Below, piece after piece: positions 18,733-28,060 of a stretch of 48,595 bases of DNA; the first letter of the stretch is position 1, and the number at the start of each line of letters is the position of its first letter. This stretch comes from an uncultured Bacteroidales bacterium. GTDB lineage: Bacteria; Bacteroidota; Bacteroidia; Bacteroidales; JAIPAH01. The notes beneath the pieces were generated by a model. The model ran no database searches. It was not told the origin of the DNA and was given only the letters and a program-made list of their open reading frames with translations. The translations under genes were made by a program, and so were the position numbers. Location: NCBI GenBank assembly GCA_964345255.1, contig CAYFQK010000001.1, positions 1 to 48,595 on the forward strand, in the 5' to 3' direction.

Positions 18733-19035
18733 ATGAAAAATCTGTTTATAAGTATTCTGGTGCTTTTATTGATTGCAGGACTTTACCTGACGAATCCCAC
18801 CAAGGAGGATTTTGTTGATTATATAACCCACAAAATTGAAAACAAAGAGCAAACAGGTTTGGAACAGATTTTGAAATCTTTGTTTTCGAGGCCTTTGGCC
18901 AAAATATTGACCAGCAATACAAAAGTAGAGGATTATCAGCTTTTTTCGTTTTATACGATTAAGCTAGGGGATAATCAGCGTAAATACCTGGGTATTTTTG
19001 ATGGGTTTTACAAAATTGCTGAAAAAGAAAATTAG
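18733..19035 (+). CDS. Small membrane-anchored protein of unknown function (possibly DUF4359-like)
   Basis: 100 aa. N-terminal TM segment followed by LTNPTKEDFVDYI. The family guess is from memory only. Confidence 0.4.
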   Translation: MKNLFISILVLLLIAGLYLTNPTKEDFVDYITHKIENKEQTGLEQILKSLFSRPLAKILTSNTKVEDYQLFSFYTIKLGDNQRKYLGIFDGFYKIAEKEN

Positions 19036-19069
19036 CGCCAAACAACCTTGTTAAATCGTTTGAAATCAG

Positions 19070-20728
19070 TTGCAGAAAGGAAATAAATTGACAGCAGAAG
19101 GTGAAGATTTGGGAATAGTACCTGCCGTGCATCAGAGTAATCATATAATTTTTCTACTGGCGTTTACCTTTTTTATATTTTTTGGCGCTTTCAATGCAGA
19201 AGCTGAAAATGATAAAGAGGTTTTAAAAACCATACGTAAAGGCAATGTAGAAAAGCTGGAGAAGTATATTAGAAAAGGGCTTGATGTAAATGGACTCTAC
19301 CGGGGTAGAAAATTACTTCATTATGCTATCCGGAAAGATGAGTTTGAAATTAGTAAAATACTGATAGAAGCCGGAGCAGACATCGACGCATTCCATGACG
19401 ACCGTAATCCGCTTATAGAAGCAGCCCATGCGCATAACCCAGACATTTTGGAATATTTAATTGCCGATGGAGCGCAGATAAATCTTGCTGACTCTGACGG
19501 TAATACTGCTCTTACCCATGCTGTGAACGAAGGAAAGCTTGCGCTGGTTAAGATTCTTTTTGAGAGCGGCGCAAGCAGCAAAATAGTGAATAACCGGGGG
19601 AAGACCCCGTTTGAGTATGTGAATCGCTACTACGAAAATCCTGTACTGGAATACATAAATAAAATGAAAATCCTTCATCATCATGTCGATACCCTCCCGG
19701 ATATGCATGATGGACCTCATGTTCAAATACAGGAAAAGCAGGTCAAGGTTGAATACTTTATTCATGACAGTCTGAAAAATAAGACCTGGAAGGAGTATAA
19801 ATTTTTCGATATTAAGAATGATAAAGTAAGCTTTGAGGGATTTGCCGGAGATACAAATACTTACCATCTGGATTTATCTTTCGAGCGGGCACCCAGTCAT
19901 GTTCAGGGTGGCGCCAAAGTCTTTTTCCTGGGCGATGTTCATGGTATGTATACAAAACTCACTAAGCTTCTGCAAAGCAACCGCATTGTCGATTCAGCCC
20001 TGAACTGGAACTTTGGGAAAGGGCATCTGGTTTTTACAGGTGATGTCTTTGACCGCGGCGACAGAGTAACCGAAACACTATGGCTTATCCACGAGTTAAA
20101 ATACCAGGCAAGAAAAAGTGGGGGAGATGTCCATTATTTGCTGGGTAATCATGAAATAATGGCCCTTAAGAAAGATTACAGGTATTTGGCTTCCAAATAT
20201 TTATTTTTATCCCAGTTTTTTTTCAGGGATTACAGCCAGTGGTATGACAAAAACACCTATATGGGCCGGTGGATTAGAACAAAAAACGTGACCATGAAAA
20301 TGGATCATAAGCTAATCGTCCATGCAGGCTTTTCGCCGCGCGTGTTAAACCAAAAACTGCCGCTTGAGGAAATCAATAAAATCTTTCAGCTGCATTTAAA
20401 AGACAAAAAATATAAAGTGCCATACATTAAAAACTTGGTCGTATCGGGTGACGGACCGGTATGGTATAGAGGTTATGTTGCCAATAATAACCTGAATTAC
20501 ACAGAGGTGGAGAAGTCACTGGTTGATAAAACACTAAAATTTTATAATGCTTCCAAGCTCATCGTGGGCCATATGCCTAACTATACTATTAAAACGCTGT
20601 ATGATAATCATGTATACCTCATCGATGTTCCAGTAGGCAGATCCGGCTATCTTGGCCAGGGGCTGCTTGTCGAGGATAATGAATATTATAAATGCTCTGA
20701 GAATGGAAAATGTGTTAAAATCGAATAA
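19070..20728 (+). CDS. Ankyrin-repeat protein fused to a PPP-family (Shewanella-like/calcineurin-like) metallophosphatase
   Basis: Hydrophobic N-terminal segment (residues ~26-44), ankyrin repeats (~55-185; LLHYAIRKD, GADIDAF, GNTALTHAV), and the PPP signatures GDVHG (288-292), GDVFDRGD (324-331) and GNHE (359-362). Confidence 0.75.
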   Translation: MQKGNKLTAEGEDLGIVPAVHQSNHIIFLLAFTFFIFFGAFNAEAENDKEVLKTIRKGNVEKLEKYIRKGLDVNGLYRGRKLLHYAIRKDEFEISKILIEAGADIDAFHDDRNPLIEAAHAHNPDILEYLIADGAQINLADSDGNTALTHAVNEGKLALVKILFESGASSKIVNNRGKTPFEYVNRYYENPVLEYINKMKILHHHVDTLPDMHDGPHVQIQEKQVKVEYFIHDSLKNKTWKEYKFFDIKNDKVSFEGFAGDTNTYHLDLSFERAPSHVQGGAKVFFLGDVHGMYTKLTKLLQSNRIVDSALNWNFGKGHLVFTGDVFDRGDRVTETLWLIHELKYQARKSGGDVHYLLGNHEIMALKKDYRYLASKYLFLSQFFFRDYSQWYDKNTYMGRWIRTKNVTMKMDHKLIVHAGFSPRVLNQKLPLEEINKIFQLHLKDKKYKVPYIKNLVVSGDGPVWYRGYVANNNLNYTEVEKSLVDKTLKFYNASKLIVGHMPNYTIKTLYDNHVYLIDVPVGRSGYLGQGLLVEDNEYYKCSENGKCVKIE

Positions 20729-20755
20729 AAAATCCTTATTAATAAAAATATCCTT

Positions 20756-21775
20756 ATGAATAAAAATATCATTCTCTTTATTAATTTCTTGATAATCAAT
20801 CTATTTTTTTTGTCATCGGTTGATGCGCAGCATGCCATAAGCCCGCTTTTTGAAAGTCATAGCATACTCAATTTGAAAATCAAGGCCAACTATAATAAGC
20901 TTTTAGAAGATGTGGGTGAAGACACAAAAGACCACCCGGGCAAAATAAAGTACAGTGATGAAGGAGGGGAAACCCGTAAAATTAAGATAGAAATTGAAAC
21001 GCGGGGAAATTTCCGCAGTAATCCGTCCAATTGTGATTTCCCCCCACTAAAACTGGAGTTCGAAGAATTTTCTGAAACAACACATACCATTTTTGAAGGA
21101 CAGAAGGAGCTTAAATTAGTTACTCACTGCCAGAAAGAGATCCCCTCTTACCAAAGGCATGTATACAGAGAATATTTGATCTACAGGTTCTATAATGTTT
21201 TGACGCCTGTTAGTTTTAATGTAAGGTTGTGTAATATCAATTATAAACCCAGGTTCTGGATAAACAGCAATATAAAACCGGCATTTTTAATAGAAGATAA
21301 TAAAATGCTGGCTAAAAGATTAGACGGAATAGAACTTGACAATGACGACGATTATTACCCCGTCGACACTACACAGCTTGCAACACTCGCTCTGTTTGAA
21401 TATATGATCGGCAATACAGACTGGTCGGTAGACCCTATGCAAAATCTGGAGATTATTCGGGTTGATTCCATGAAACATTTACCGGTGCCCTACGACTTTG
21501 ATTTGTCGTCTATTGTGAATCCGCCTTACGGTGCTGAAGCCATGCATTTAGATAGCGCTGCGTTTTTGAAAAGAAGATACCGGGGACCTGCTTTTGATAA
21601 AAAGACCGTTCAAAATGTTTACGACCTATTCAATGAAAAAAAGCAAGAATTGCTTCACCTGGCTAATGATAACGTGTTGTTAAATGAGAGTGAAAAGGCG
21701 AGAATCAGCGATTTCCTGCAAAAGTTTTACAAAGAAATCAACAGCAGAAGTGATGAAGCGCCATGGATTGAGTAG
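20756..21775 (+). CDS. Secreted protein of unknown function (weak CotH-like motif resemblance)
   Basis: Signal peptide (LFFLSSVDAQ), 339 aa. The motifs ETRGNF...PPLKLEF, EYMIGNTDWS and PVPYDFDLS recall the CotH atypical-kinase layout. I recognise no family with confidence. Confidence 0.5.
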   Translation: MNKNIILFINFLIINLFFLSSVDAQHAISPLFESHSILNLKIKANYNKLLEDVGEDTKDHPGKIKYSDEGGETRKIKIEIETRGNFRSNPSNCDFPPLKLEFEEFSETTHTIFEGQKELKLVTHCQKEIPSYQRHVYREYLIYRFYNVLTPVSFNVRLCNINYKPRFWINSNIKPAFLIEDNKMLAKRLDGIELDNDDDYYPVDTTQLATLALFEYMIGNTDWSVDPMQNLEIIRVDSMKHLPVPYDFDLSSIVNPPYGAEAMHLDSAAFLKRRYRGPAFDKKTVQNVYDLFNEKKQELLHLANDNVLLNESEKARISDFLQKFYKEINSRSDEAPWIE

Positions 21776-21798
21776 CGCATTTGTTAGTCCAACAATCC

Positions 21799-22434
21799 TT
21801 AATTATAGTAGATGTTCTCATTAAGTTCGTTAGTCTTACGATTGATTTCGCGAAGGATTTTAATTTTATTTTTTAAAAAGATTCTTCTTTTTTCGGGCTC
21901 TTTCAAACTTACAAACCGTATTTTCTCATCTTCAGTCAATGGCAGAAAACGTACAATATTCCAGATGTTAGTCATCTTCCCGGTATCCTTAAAAGGCCGG
22001 AAACTTTCCTTTAACTCACCAAAGTAGGCTTTGAATTCTTTGAGTAAGTCCTCACAACTTTTCGAGTAACCATCGTCGAGCCATTCAATCAAAGCCGAGT
22101 CATACAGGCGCCTGTTATGATTTTGCAAATACTTACTTAGTTTGAATGTTTTCAGCCCTTCAATAATTACATCCATTTCCCCGGTCTAAGGGTTAAATGA
22201 GGTTGTTTTTATCACCTTTACAAAGCATCCATATTTGTATAGCGAATCATCTTTGGCAAAAGGAATTCCAAATGTCCAGTCAGAATCTTTGATATCCCGC
22301 ATAAGCTGTTGATACCTGGGCTCAAAAATATGAAGCTTTTGCTTCTCGCCCGGTAAAACAGTTACGCTCAATGGAAATATGGGTATCACTTTGTGTTTCA
22401 AAATAGCTGCTTTATTTATTACCGGAATTAACAC
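21799..22434 (-). pseudogene. LON substrate-binding (Lon N-terminal, PUA-like) domain protein interrupted by one in-frame TAG
   Basis: ORF 22434-22186 carries IPIFPLSVTVLPGEKQKLHIFEPRYQQLM. Its TAG (22186-22188) is in the same frame as ORF 22176-21799, giving ...SFNP*TGEMDVIIEGLKTF.... The ~210 aa total is the usual size for this family. Confidence 0.75.
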
Positions 22435-22647
22435 TGCCTTTTGTGTTTTGTTTATAGATGTTATGTTAAGATTCCGAAAACCTTTTCTATCGGTTAAAAT
22501 AAGACTTAACCTGTAGAAAAATATACAGGAATAATTTATAAATGTTAATTTCCTGGTTATTTAACAAATATTTAATTAAAAAACAGATAATTCTGTTAAT
22601 AAAAGCATAAATATAAAGTTCTCTATATTAATAGCTTAAATTGTAAT

Positions 22648-22655
22648 TATATTTG
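22648..22655 (+). promoter_or_regulatory. Bacteroidota -7 promoter box (TAnnTTTG)
   Basis: TATATTTG lies 27 nt upstream of the ATG at 22682. Confidence 0.4.
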
Positions 22656-22681
22656 GTCAAAATCATAAATTTATATAGCTT

Positions 22682-23239
22682 ATGAGAAAATTAAATGTTT
22701 ACTTACTTGGATTTATCCTGTTTTTTTCAATAGCAGGATGCGAGAATGACGAAGATGAAGATGTTAATGTTGACGAGCCGTTTGAAGCTACCCAGGCCGA
22801 CCTGGACGCTTCAACAACGCCTGTTGACCTTGGGGTGAGTGGCACTCCGTATGGTCAGGATGTCTCGGTAGCTCACAATGGTAAGCCTATTAGTCCTGAT
22901 TCAACTATCAGAGACATGTTCACCACGATGGATGATATCTCAAACAAAATTGAGAAAGGAACGGTAGTGACTAAGCACACCTATATGAAAAACCCGGATG
23001 GTTCCAAAGGGAAGCTTGCTGTAACGTTTGCTATGATAAAGCGCGAAGCAGATTATTATCCTGAAGGCGGGGATTGGGAATATGTAGTGATGCCCAACGA
23101 CGGTAGTACCAATTACGAGGAGCATCCCAATGGCACCTTGCCTCCCGAATCAGCTACCGGCCAGAGAGGTCAGCTTGCCAATTGTGCTTCCTGTCACTCC
23201 AGCGCCGGTGGAGGCAATTATTTGTTTGTAAAAAATTAA
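22682..23239 (+). CDS. Cytochrome P460-like haem c lipoprotein
   Basis: Lipobox FFSIAGCEN. A single C-terminal CASCH (23183-23197) is preceded by GGDWEYVVM, which matches the P460-family pattern as I remember it. 185 aa. Confidence 0.5.
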   Translation: MRKLNVYLLGFILFFSIAGCENDEDEDVNVDEPFEATQADLDASTTPVDLGVSGTPYGQDVSVAHNGKPISPDSTIRDMFTTMDDISNKIEKGTVVTKHTYMKNPDGSKGKLAVTFAMIKREADYYPEGGDWEYVVMPNDGSTNYEEHPNGTLPPESATGQRGQLANCASCHSSAGGGNYLFVKN

Positions 23240-23266
23240 CATAGGTTGCATCCAGCTCACATACAA

Positions 23267-23308
23267 AATCCCGGAGAGTACCCCCCTTACGCTCCGGGAT
23301 TTTATTTT
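23267..23308 (+). terminator. Rho-independent terminator
   Basis: 10-bp stem AATCCCGGAG / CTCCGGGATT (23267-23276 / 23292-23301) followed by TTTTATTTT. Confidence 0.75.
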
Positions 23309-23422
23309 AATCCTTTTCACAAATTCTAAAACTTTTCATAAATTTATGGAGTCATTTAAAAGATAAAAAGTAGGGGAATTCCCAAAAGGGACCCTTTTTT
23401 TAAAAGTTGAAAATATCCGCAA

Positions 23423-25843
23423 ATGCCTCTTAGTTTCAAAAGGCGAAAAATCGCACAGCAAAGCCTCGTCAGACGAATATTGAGAAATATCTCCTTATTC
23501 ACATTTATAACAATCCTCATTATTATCGGCATCTTTATTTATCGTCGTTACCAAACTTTTCAGGACAGAAAAGAGGAAATACGGCTGAATATTCTGAAAA
23601 AAAACATGGAGGATATCAAAAAAGAAACCAACGCGGCCTACAGGTATATTCAATATTCCAGAAAGAGTCATAAAGAGCAGCTGATTCAGCAACTAAAAGC
23701 AGATGTTAGAGCGCAATATAATTTTGTTAAACATAACTTCACAGCCAACAAGGGCGACAAAAAACCCGGGTTGATCATCAGTGAACTAAAAAACTACTAT
23801 AAGAAAGCGGATAATTATGAGCATTTCTTTCTTTTAATGCTCAATGGAAGTTGCATAATAAATAAAGAATATCCTGAGTGGGAGGGACGCAACATAATGG
23901 AGTTTGAGGATTATGCAGGTCAGCCGCTCTTCAAAGATATAATCTCAAATCTTCGTAACGGTGAAGACGCCTTGATACGCTATAAAAATTCGGAACAACA
24001 GAAAGATACATTATTCGGAGGGAAAGTTATTTATGCAAAAAAGTTTGCTCCTCTCGGACTTGTTGTGGGTAAAATTCTCAAACCTTCGAACCACCTGGAA
24101 TCTGTCAAAAAAAGTATTTTGACCCTCCTCACGGAAATCCGCTTTGGGAGTGAGGGATACGTGTTCGTTAACAGCTATGATGGGGTTGCCCTCATTAAAG
24201 ATGGCAACTTATTAGAGGAGAAGACCAATATCTGGAATTTGACAGACCCTAACGGAGTAAAGGTTATACAAGAGGAATATAAAGCTGCTCAAATTCCGGG
24301 CGGCGACTATATTTTTTATTCATGGCGGAAATTAACTAATGATAAAGTGGCTCCAAAAGTTTCCTTTATCAGAGGGATCGACAGCTTTGAATGGATGATT
24401 GGGGCAGGAAGCTATATCGATATTATAGGAGACCGCATTGAACAAGAACAGCAACAACTCGAGGTGGAACTGCTGAAAGATGTGGTGTTTATTTTAATAT
24501 CCATGCTCATCTTAATCATTATCGCTTATTTTGTAATCAGGAATTACCTTATCCTGGCAAAAACTAATATCAATCATTTTACCAGCTTTTTTAATACCGC
24601 AGGCAAGGAGTTTATCCGGATAGATAAGTCTAAATTAAAATTTATTGAGTTTCAAAAGCTTGCAGATTCAGTAAACAACATGATCGATGACAGGGAACGG
24701 ATGTCCAGTCAAATGGACAAAGAAAGGCTGCTATTCCGCTATATTATCGATTCTATTCCGGATTTGATTGTATACAAAAAAATGGATGGCACGTACCTGG
24801 GATGCAACAAGGCTTTTGAAAAAGCCTTTGAAGTCTACGCAAAAAATATGACCGGAAAAAAGGCTGATGATATTTACCCGGATAACCAGGCTAAAAAATT
24901 TGGGAACCTGGATAAAAAGCTTATGGAAACCCATCAGCCGGTAAGAAAAGAAGAATGGATTACCCTGCCCAATGGGCATAACTACCTTTACGATATTTAT
25001 AAAACATTTTATTATGATCACGAAGGTAATACTCTTGGGATTATAGCTATTGCAAGAGACATCACTCAAAAAGAGATGGGTCGCGTTGATCTGCAAAAAG
25101 CGCTTGAGAAAGCTGATGAATCCAACAAAATAAAAACAGCTTTTCTTGAAAATCTCTCTCATGAAATAAGAACACCTCTTAATGCGATCTCGGGATTTTC
25201 ATCACTCATCAGAGATGAAGAGCTGTCAATGGAAGAACTCAGCTCCTCGGTCGGTCAAATTTCGAGGGCGTCAGACCGCATATTAAAGGTCATTGAAAGC
25301 ATCCTTAACCTCTCCAGAATCCAGGTGGGTGAAATTTCTTTTAAGAAACAAGAAATCTCTTTGAAAAAACTTCTCAATGAAATTGCATCAGCAACAAAAG
25401 AGCGGTTCGTCAATGAAAAGTTGAATGTAGAAATCAAAGTAAATTTAGAAGATTGTCCTTCAACTTTCATAACTGATGAATATTGGTTCAGTATTGCCCT
25501 GGAAAATATTTTCGATAATGCGTTTAAGTTCACTAAGAAAGGTGAAATTAAGGTCATTTGCCATAAGGCGACGGATTACATGAAAATCAGTGTGAGCGAT
25601 ACAGGGATTGGCATACCCAAGGGCTCGGAAGACAAAGTCTTTGATTATTTCACTCAGCTCACTAACACGATGAATAAGAAATACACAGGCACGGGTTGCG
25701 GACTTTATATCAGCCAATACATCATTGAGCATATAGGTGGAGACATTTGGTACGAGTCAGAGGAGAATAAAGGCAGCACATTCTTTATAACCATTCCTTA
25801 TACCCCTCCATCAAAAAAGCTCCCGGCTGAGCCGGAAGCTTAA
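23423..25843 (+). CDS. Membrane sensor histidine kinase (periplasmic Cache-like domain, PAS, HisKA, HATPase_c)
   Basis: Two TM segments flank a ~300-aa sensor with GYVFVNSYDGVALI (sCache-like). PAS (IIDSIPDLIVYKKMDGTYLGCN), H-box SHEIRTPLNAISGF and G-box GTGCGLYI. No receiver domain. Confidence 0.85.
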   Translation: MPLSFKRRKIAQQSLVRRILRNISLFTFITILIIIGIFIYRRYQTFQDRKEEIRLNILKKNMEDIKKETNAAYRYIQYSRKSHKEQLIQQLKADVRAQYNFVKHNFTANKGDKKPGLIISELKNYYKKADNYEHFFLLMLNGSCIINKEYPEWEGRNIMEFEDYAGQPLFKDIISNLRNGEDALIRYKNSEQQKDTLFGGKVIYAKKFAPLGLVVGKILKPSNHLESVKKSILTLLTEIRFGSEGYVFVNSYDGVALIKDGNLLEEKTNIWNLTDPNGVKVIQEEYKAAQIPGGDYIFYSWRKLTNDKVAPKVSFIRGIDSFEWMIGAGSYIDIIGDRIEQEQQQLEVELLKDVVFILISMLILIIIAYFVIRNYLILAKTNINHFTSFFNTAGKEFIRIDKSKLKFIEFQKLADSVNNMIDDRERMSSQMDKERLLFRYIIDSIPDLIVYKKMDGTYLGCNKAFEKAFEVYAKNMTGKKADDIYPDNQAKKFGNLDKKLMETHQPVRKEEWITLPNGHNYLYDIYKTFYYDHEGNTLGIIAIARDITQKEMGRVDLQKALEKADESNKIKTAFLENLSHEIRTPLNAISGFSSLIRDEELSMEELSSSVGQISRASDRILKVIESILNLSRIQVGEISFKKQEISLKKLLNEIASATKERFVNEKLNVEIKVNLEDCPSTFITDEYWFSIALENIFDNAFKFTKKGEIKVICHKATDYMKISVSDTGIGIPKGSEDKVFDYFTQLTNTMNKKYTGTGCGLYISQYIIEHIGGDIWYESEENKGSTFFITIPYTPPSKKLPAEPEA

Positions 25844-25864
25844 TTTTAATATAACGAATAAATT

Positions 25865-27115
25865 CTAATCTAACGTATGGATGACTAACCCGCTTCTTAG
25901 CTTGGGCTCAAACCACGTGGTCTTGGGAGGCATAATTTCGCCGGAATCGGCAATATCAATCAATTGCTGCATCTGCACAGGGTAAAGCGCAAATGCCACT
26001 GCCATATTTCCGCTATCAACACGGCGCTTGAGCTCACCCAGCCCGCGGATACCCCCTACGAATTCTATGCGCTTCGAGCGGCGCAGGTCGCTTATGTCAA
26101 ACAATTTTTCCAGAACGTATTTTGACAGAATGGTCACATCCAGAACACCTATCGGATCATTATCATCATAGGTATGATCCCTGGCCTTAAGAGAGTACCA
26201 TTTTCCATCTATATACATGCTGAATTCATGAAGATGAGAAGGTTTATAGATATTTTCTCCCTCTTCTTTCACGTTAAAGTCCTTCTGTAATTTCTCCAGA
26301 AGCCCTTCGCGCGACATCCCGTTTAGGTCCTTGATAACCCGATTATAGTCAAGAATTTGTAATTGGTTGTCAGGGAAATGGACTGCCAGAAAATAATTAT
26401 ATGACTCGTCACCTGTATGGTTTGGATTATTCTCTCGCTTTTCTTTACCGACAAGAGCCGCTGCAGCCGTACGGTGATGTCCGTCGGCTACATAGGTATA
26501 GGGCACCCTGGTTTTAAATAACTCTTCCAGGCGCTCAATAGTCTGGTCGTCTTCAATAACCCAGAAGTGATGCCCAAAGCCGTCATCAGCGAGGAAATCG
26601 TATTCAGGGGCTTTACTTTCCACTACGTTATGAATTATACTGTCGATTTCATCAACAGAAGGATAAGTAAAGAATACAGGTTCCATGTTGGCATCATTAA
26701 CTTTAACGTGAACCATGCGATCCCGCTCTTTGTCGGGACGGGTTAGTTCGTGTTTTTTGATAACCCCGTTAAGATAATCATCCACAGCAGCAGCGCCTAC
26801 AAGGCCATACTGTGTTTTGCCATTCATGGTCTGCGCATAAATATAATATTTTGGCTTCTCATCGAATTGCAGCCATCCTTTTTCCTGGAATTTTTTAAAA
26901 TTCTCCACGGCTTTATCATAAACTTGCTGGGAATGAATATCCGTTCCCTCTGGCAGATCGATTTCTGAGCGTGTTACATGGAGCAATGATTTTTCATTAC
27001 CTTCTGCCATATTCCGGGCTTCTTCCGTATTCATTACGTCATAGGGCAGACATGCTACCTGCTCGGCATAATCCTTAGGTGGCCGAAGGCCTTTAAACGG
27101 TTTTATAATTGCCAT
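25865..27115 (-). CDS. DUF1015 family protein
   Basis: The MAIIKPFKGLRP N-terminus and 416-aa length are typical of DUF1015. It lies 12 nt downstream of serA on the same strand. Confidence 0.75.
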   Translation of the reverse strand: MAIIKPFKGLRPPKDYAEQVACLPYDVMNTEEARNMAEGNEKSLLHVTRSEIDLPEGTDIHSQQVYDKAVENFKKFQEKGWLQFDEKPKYYIYAQTMNGKTQYGLVGAAAVDDYLNGVIKKHELTRPDKERDRMVHVKVNDANMEPVFFTYPSVDEIDSIIHNVVESKAPEYDFLADDGFGHHFWVIEDDQTIERLEELFKTRVPYTYVADGHHRTAAAALVGKEKRENNPNHTGDESYNYFLAVHFPDNQLQILDYNRVIKDLNGMSREGLLEKLQKDFNVKEEGENIYKPSHLHEFSMYIDGKWYSLKARDHTYDDNDPIGVLDVTILSKYVLEKLFDISDLRRSKRIEFVGGIRGLGELKRRVDSGNMAVAFALYPVQMQQLIDIADSGEIMPPKTTWFEPKLRSGLVIHTLD

Positions 27116-27127
27116 AAATTCTGTTTT

Positions 27128-28048
27128 TTAATTCACTTTAAATGTTGTATCGCCTTTTTCAAAGAAGTTTACAATCTGATTAGCTGCTGCCAGCCCGGCA
27201 TTGATATTCGCTTCACGCGTTTGAGCGCCCATTTTCTTCGGCGTAAAGAAATAGCGACCCTCATACTTTTCAGCTATCTCATCTTTGCAATCCGGGGCAA
27301 TATCCGAAATATAAGTAAAATCATTCCGTGACTCCATTACCTTAAGGAGCTCGTCTTCATTGATAACTTCTTTACGGGCGGTATTTACCAATACTCCATT
27401 TTCAGGCATTTTACTCAACAAATCATGACCAATCGATTTTTTTGTCTTATCGTTGGCCGGAATATGCAGTGAAACATACTGGTTATTGGAATAGAGTTCT
27501 TCAGCGCTGTTGTATACTTTCAGGCCATCACTGGTAATCTCTTCTTTGTCGATAAACGGATCATAAGCACTTACCTTCATACCAAAACCCTTAGCGATAT
27601 TAGCCACGAGTTTACCCACATGACCATAAGCATGGATTCCTAACGTCTTACTGCGAAGCTCGGTTCCCGGTTTGCCGTTGAACTCTCCGCGAGCATTGAA
27701 AACCATCATACCTAAGGCTAGCTCTGCCACCGCATTTGAGTTCTGCCCCGGAGTATTCATTACCGTAATGTCTTTTTCGGTGCATGCCTCAAGGTCTACA
27801 TTATCGTAGCCTGCTCCGGCTCTAACCACAATTTTCAGGTTAGGGGCTGCTTCAACCACTTCACGGGTCACCTTGTCACTTCGTACAATGAGAGCGTCAG
27901 CTTCTTTTACAGCTTCCACCAGCTCAGCCTGCTCTTCGTATTTTTCGAAAATCTCGACCGAGTATCCTGCATTACCGGCAATTTCTTTTATCTGAGGTAT
28001 TGCTGCAGGATCGAAAGGTTTTTTTGTTGCTACAAGTAATTTTTTCAT
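27128..28048 (-). CDS. serA: D-3-phosphoglycerate dehydrogenase (short-form 2-hydroxyacid dehydrogenase)
   Basis: D-isomer 2-hydroxyacid dehydrogenase layout (GIHAYGHVGKLVA NAD motif). Operon position between serC and DUF1015. Confidence 0.75.
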   Translation of the reverse strand: MKKLLVATKKPFDPAAIPQIKEIAGNAGYSVEIFEKYEEQAELVEAVKEADALIVRSDKVTREVVEAAPNLKIVVRAGAGYDNVDLEACTEKDITVMNTPGQNSNAVAELALGMMVFNARGEFNGKPGTELRSKTLGIHAYGHVGKLVANIAKGFGMKVSAYDPFIDKEEITSDGLKVYNSAEELYSNNQYVSLHIPANDKTKKSIGHDLLSKMPENGVLVNTARKEVINEDELLKVMESRNDFTYISDIAPDCKDEIAEKYEGRYFFTPKKMGAQTREANINAGLAAANQIVNFFEKGDTTFKVN

Positions 28049-28060
28049 AATTAATGTCTT

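Noticed and set aside
22186-22188. TAG as a recoded sense codon (pyrrolysine or genetic-code reassignment)
   Set aside because: TAG terminates several well-formed genes in this window at their expected ends (stops at 6012, 21775, 32357, 38618, 40342). No pyl-type genes are present. A nonsense mutation or sequencing error is the simpler reading.
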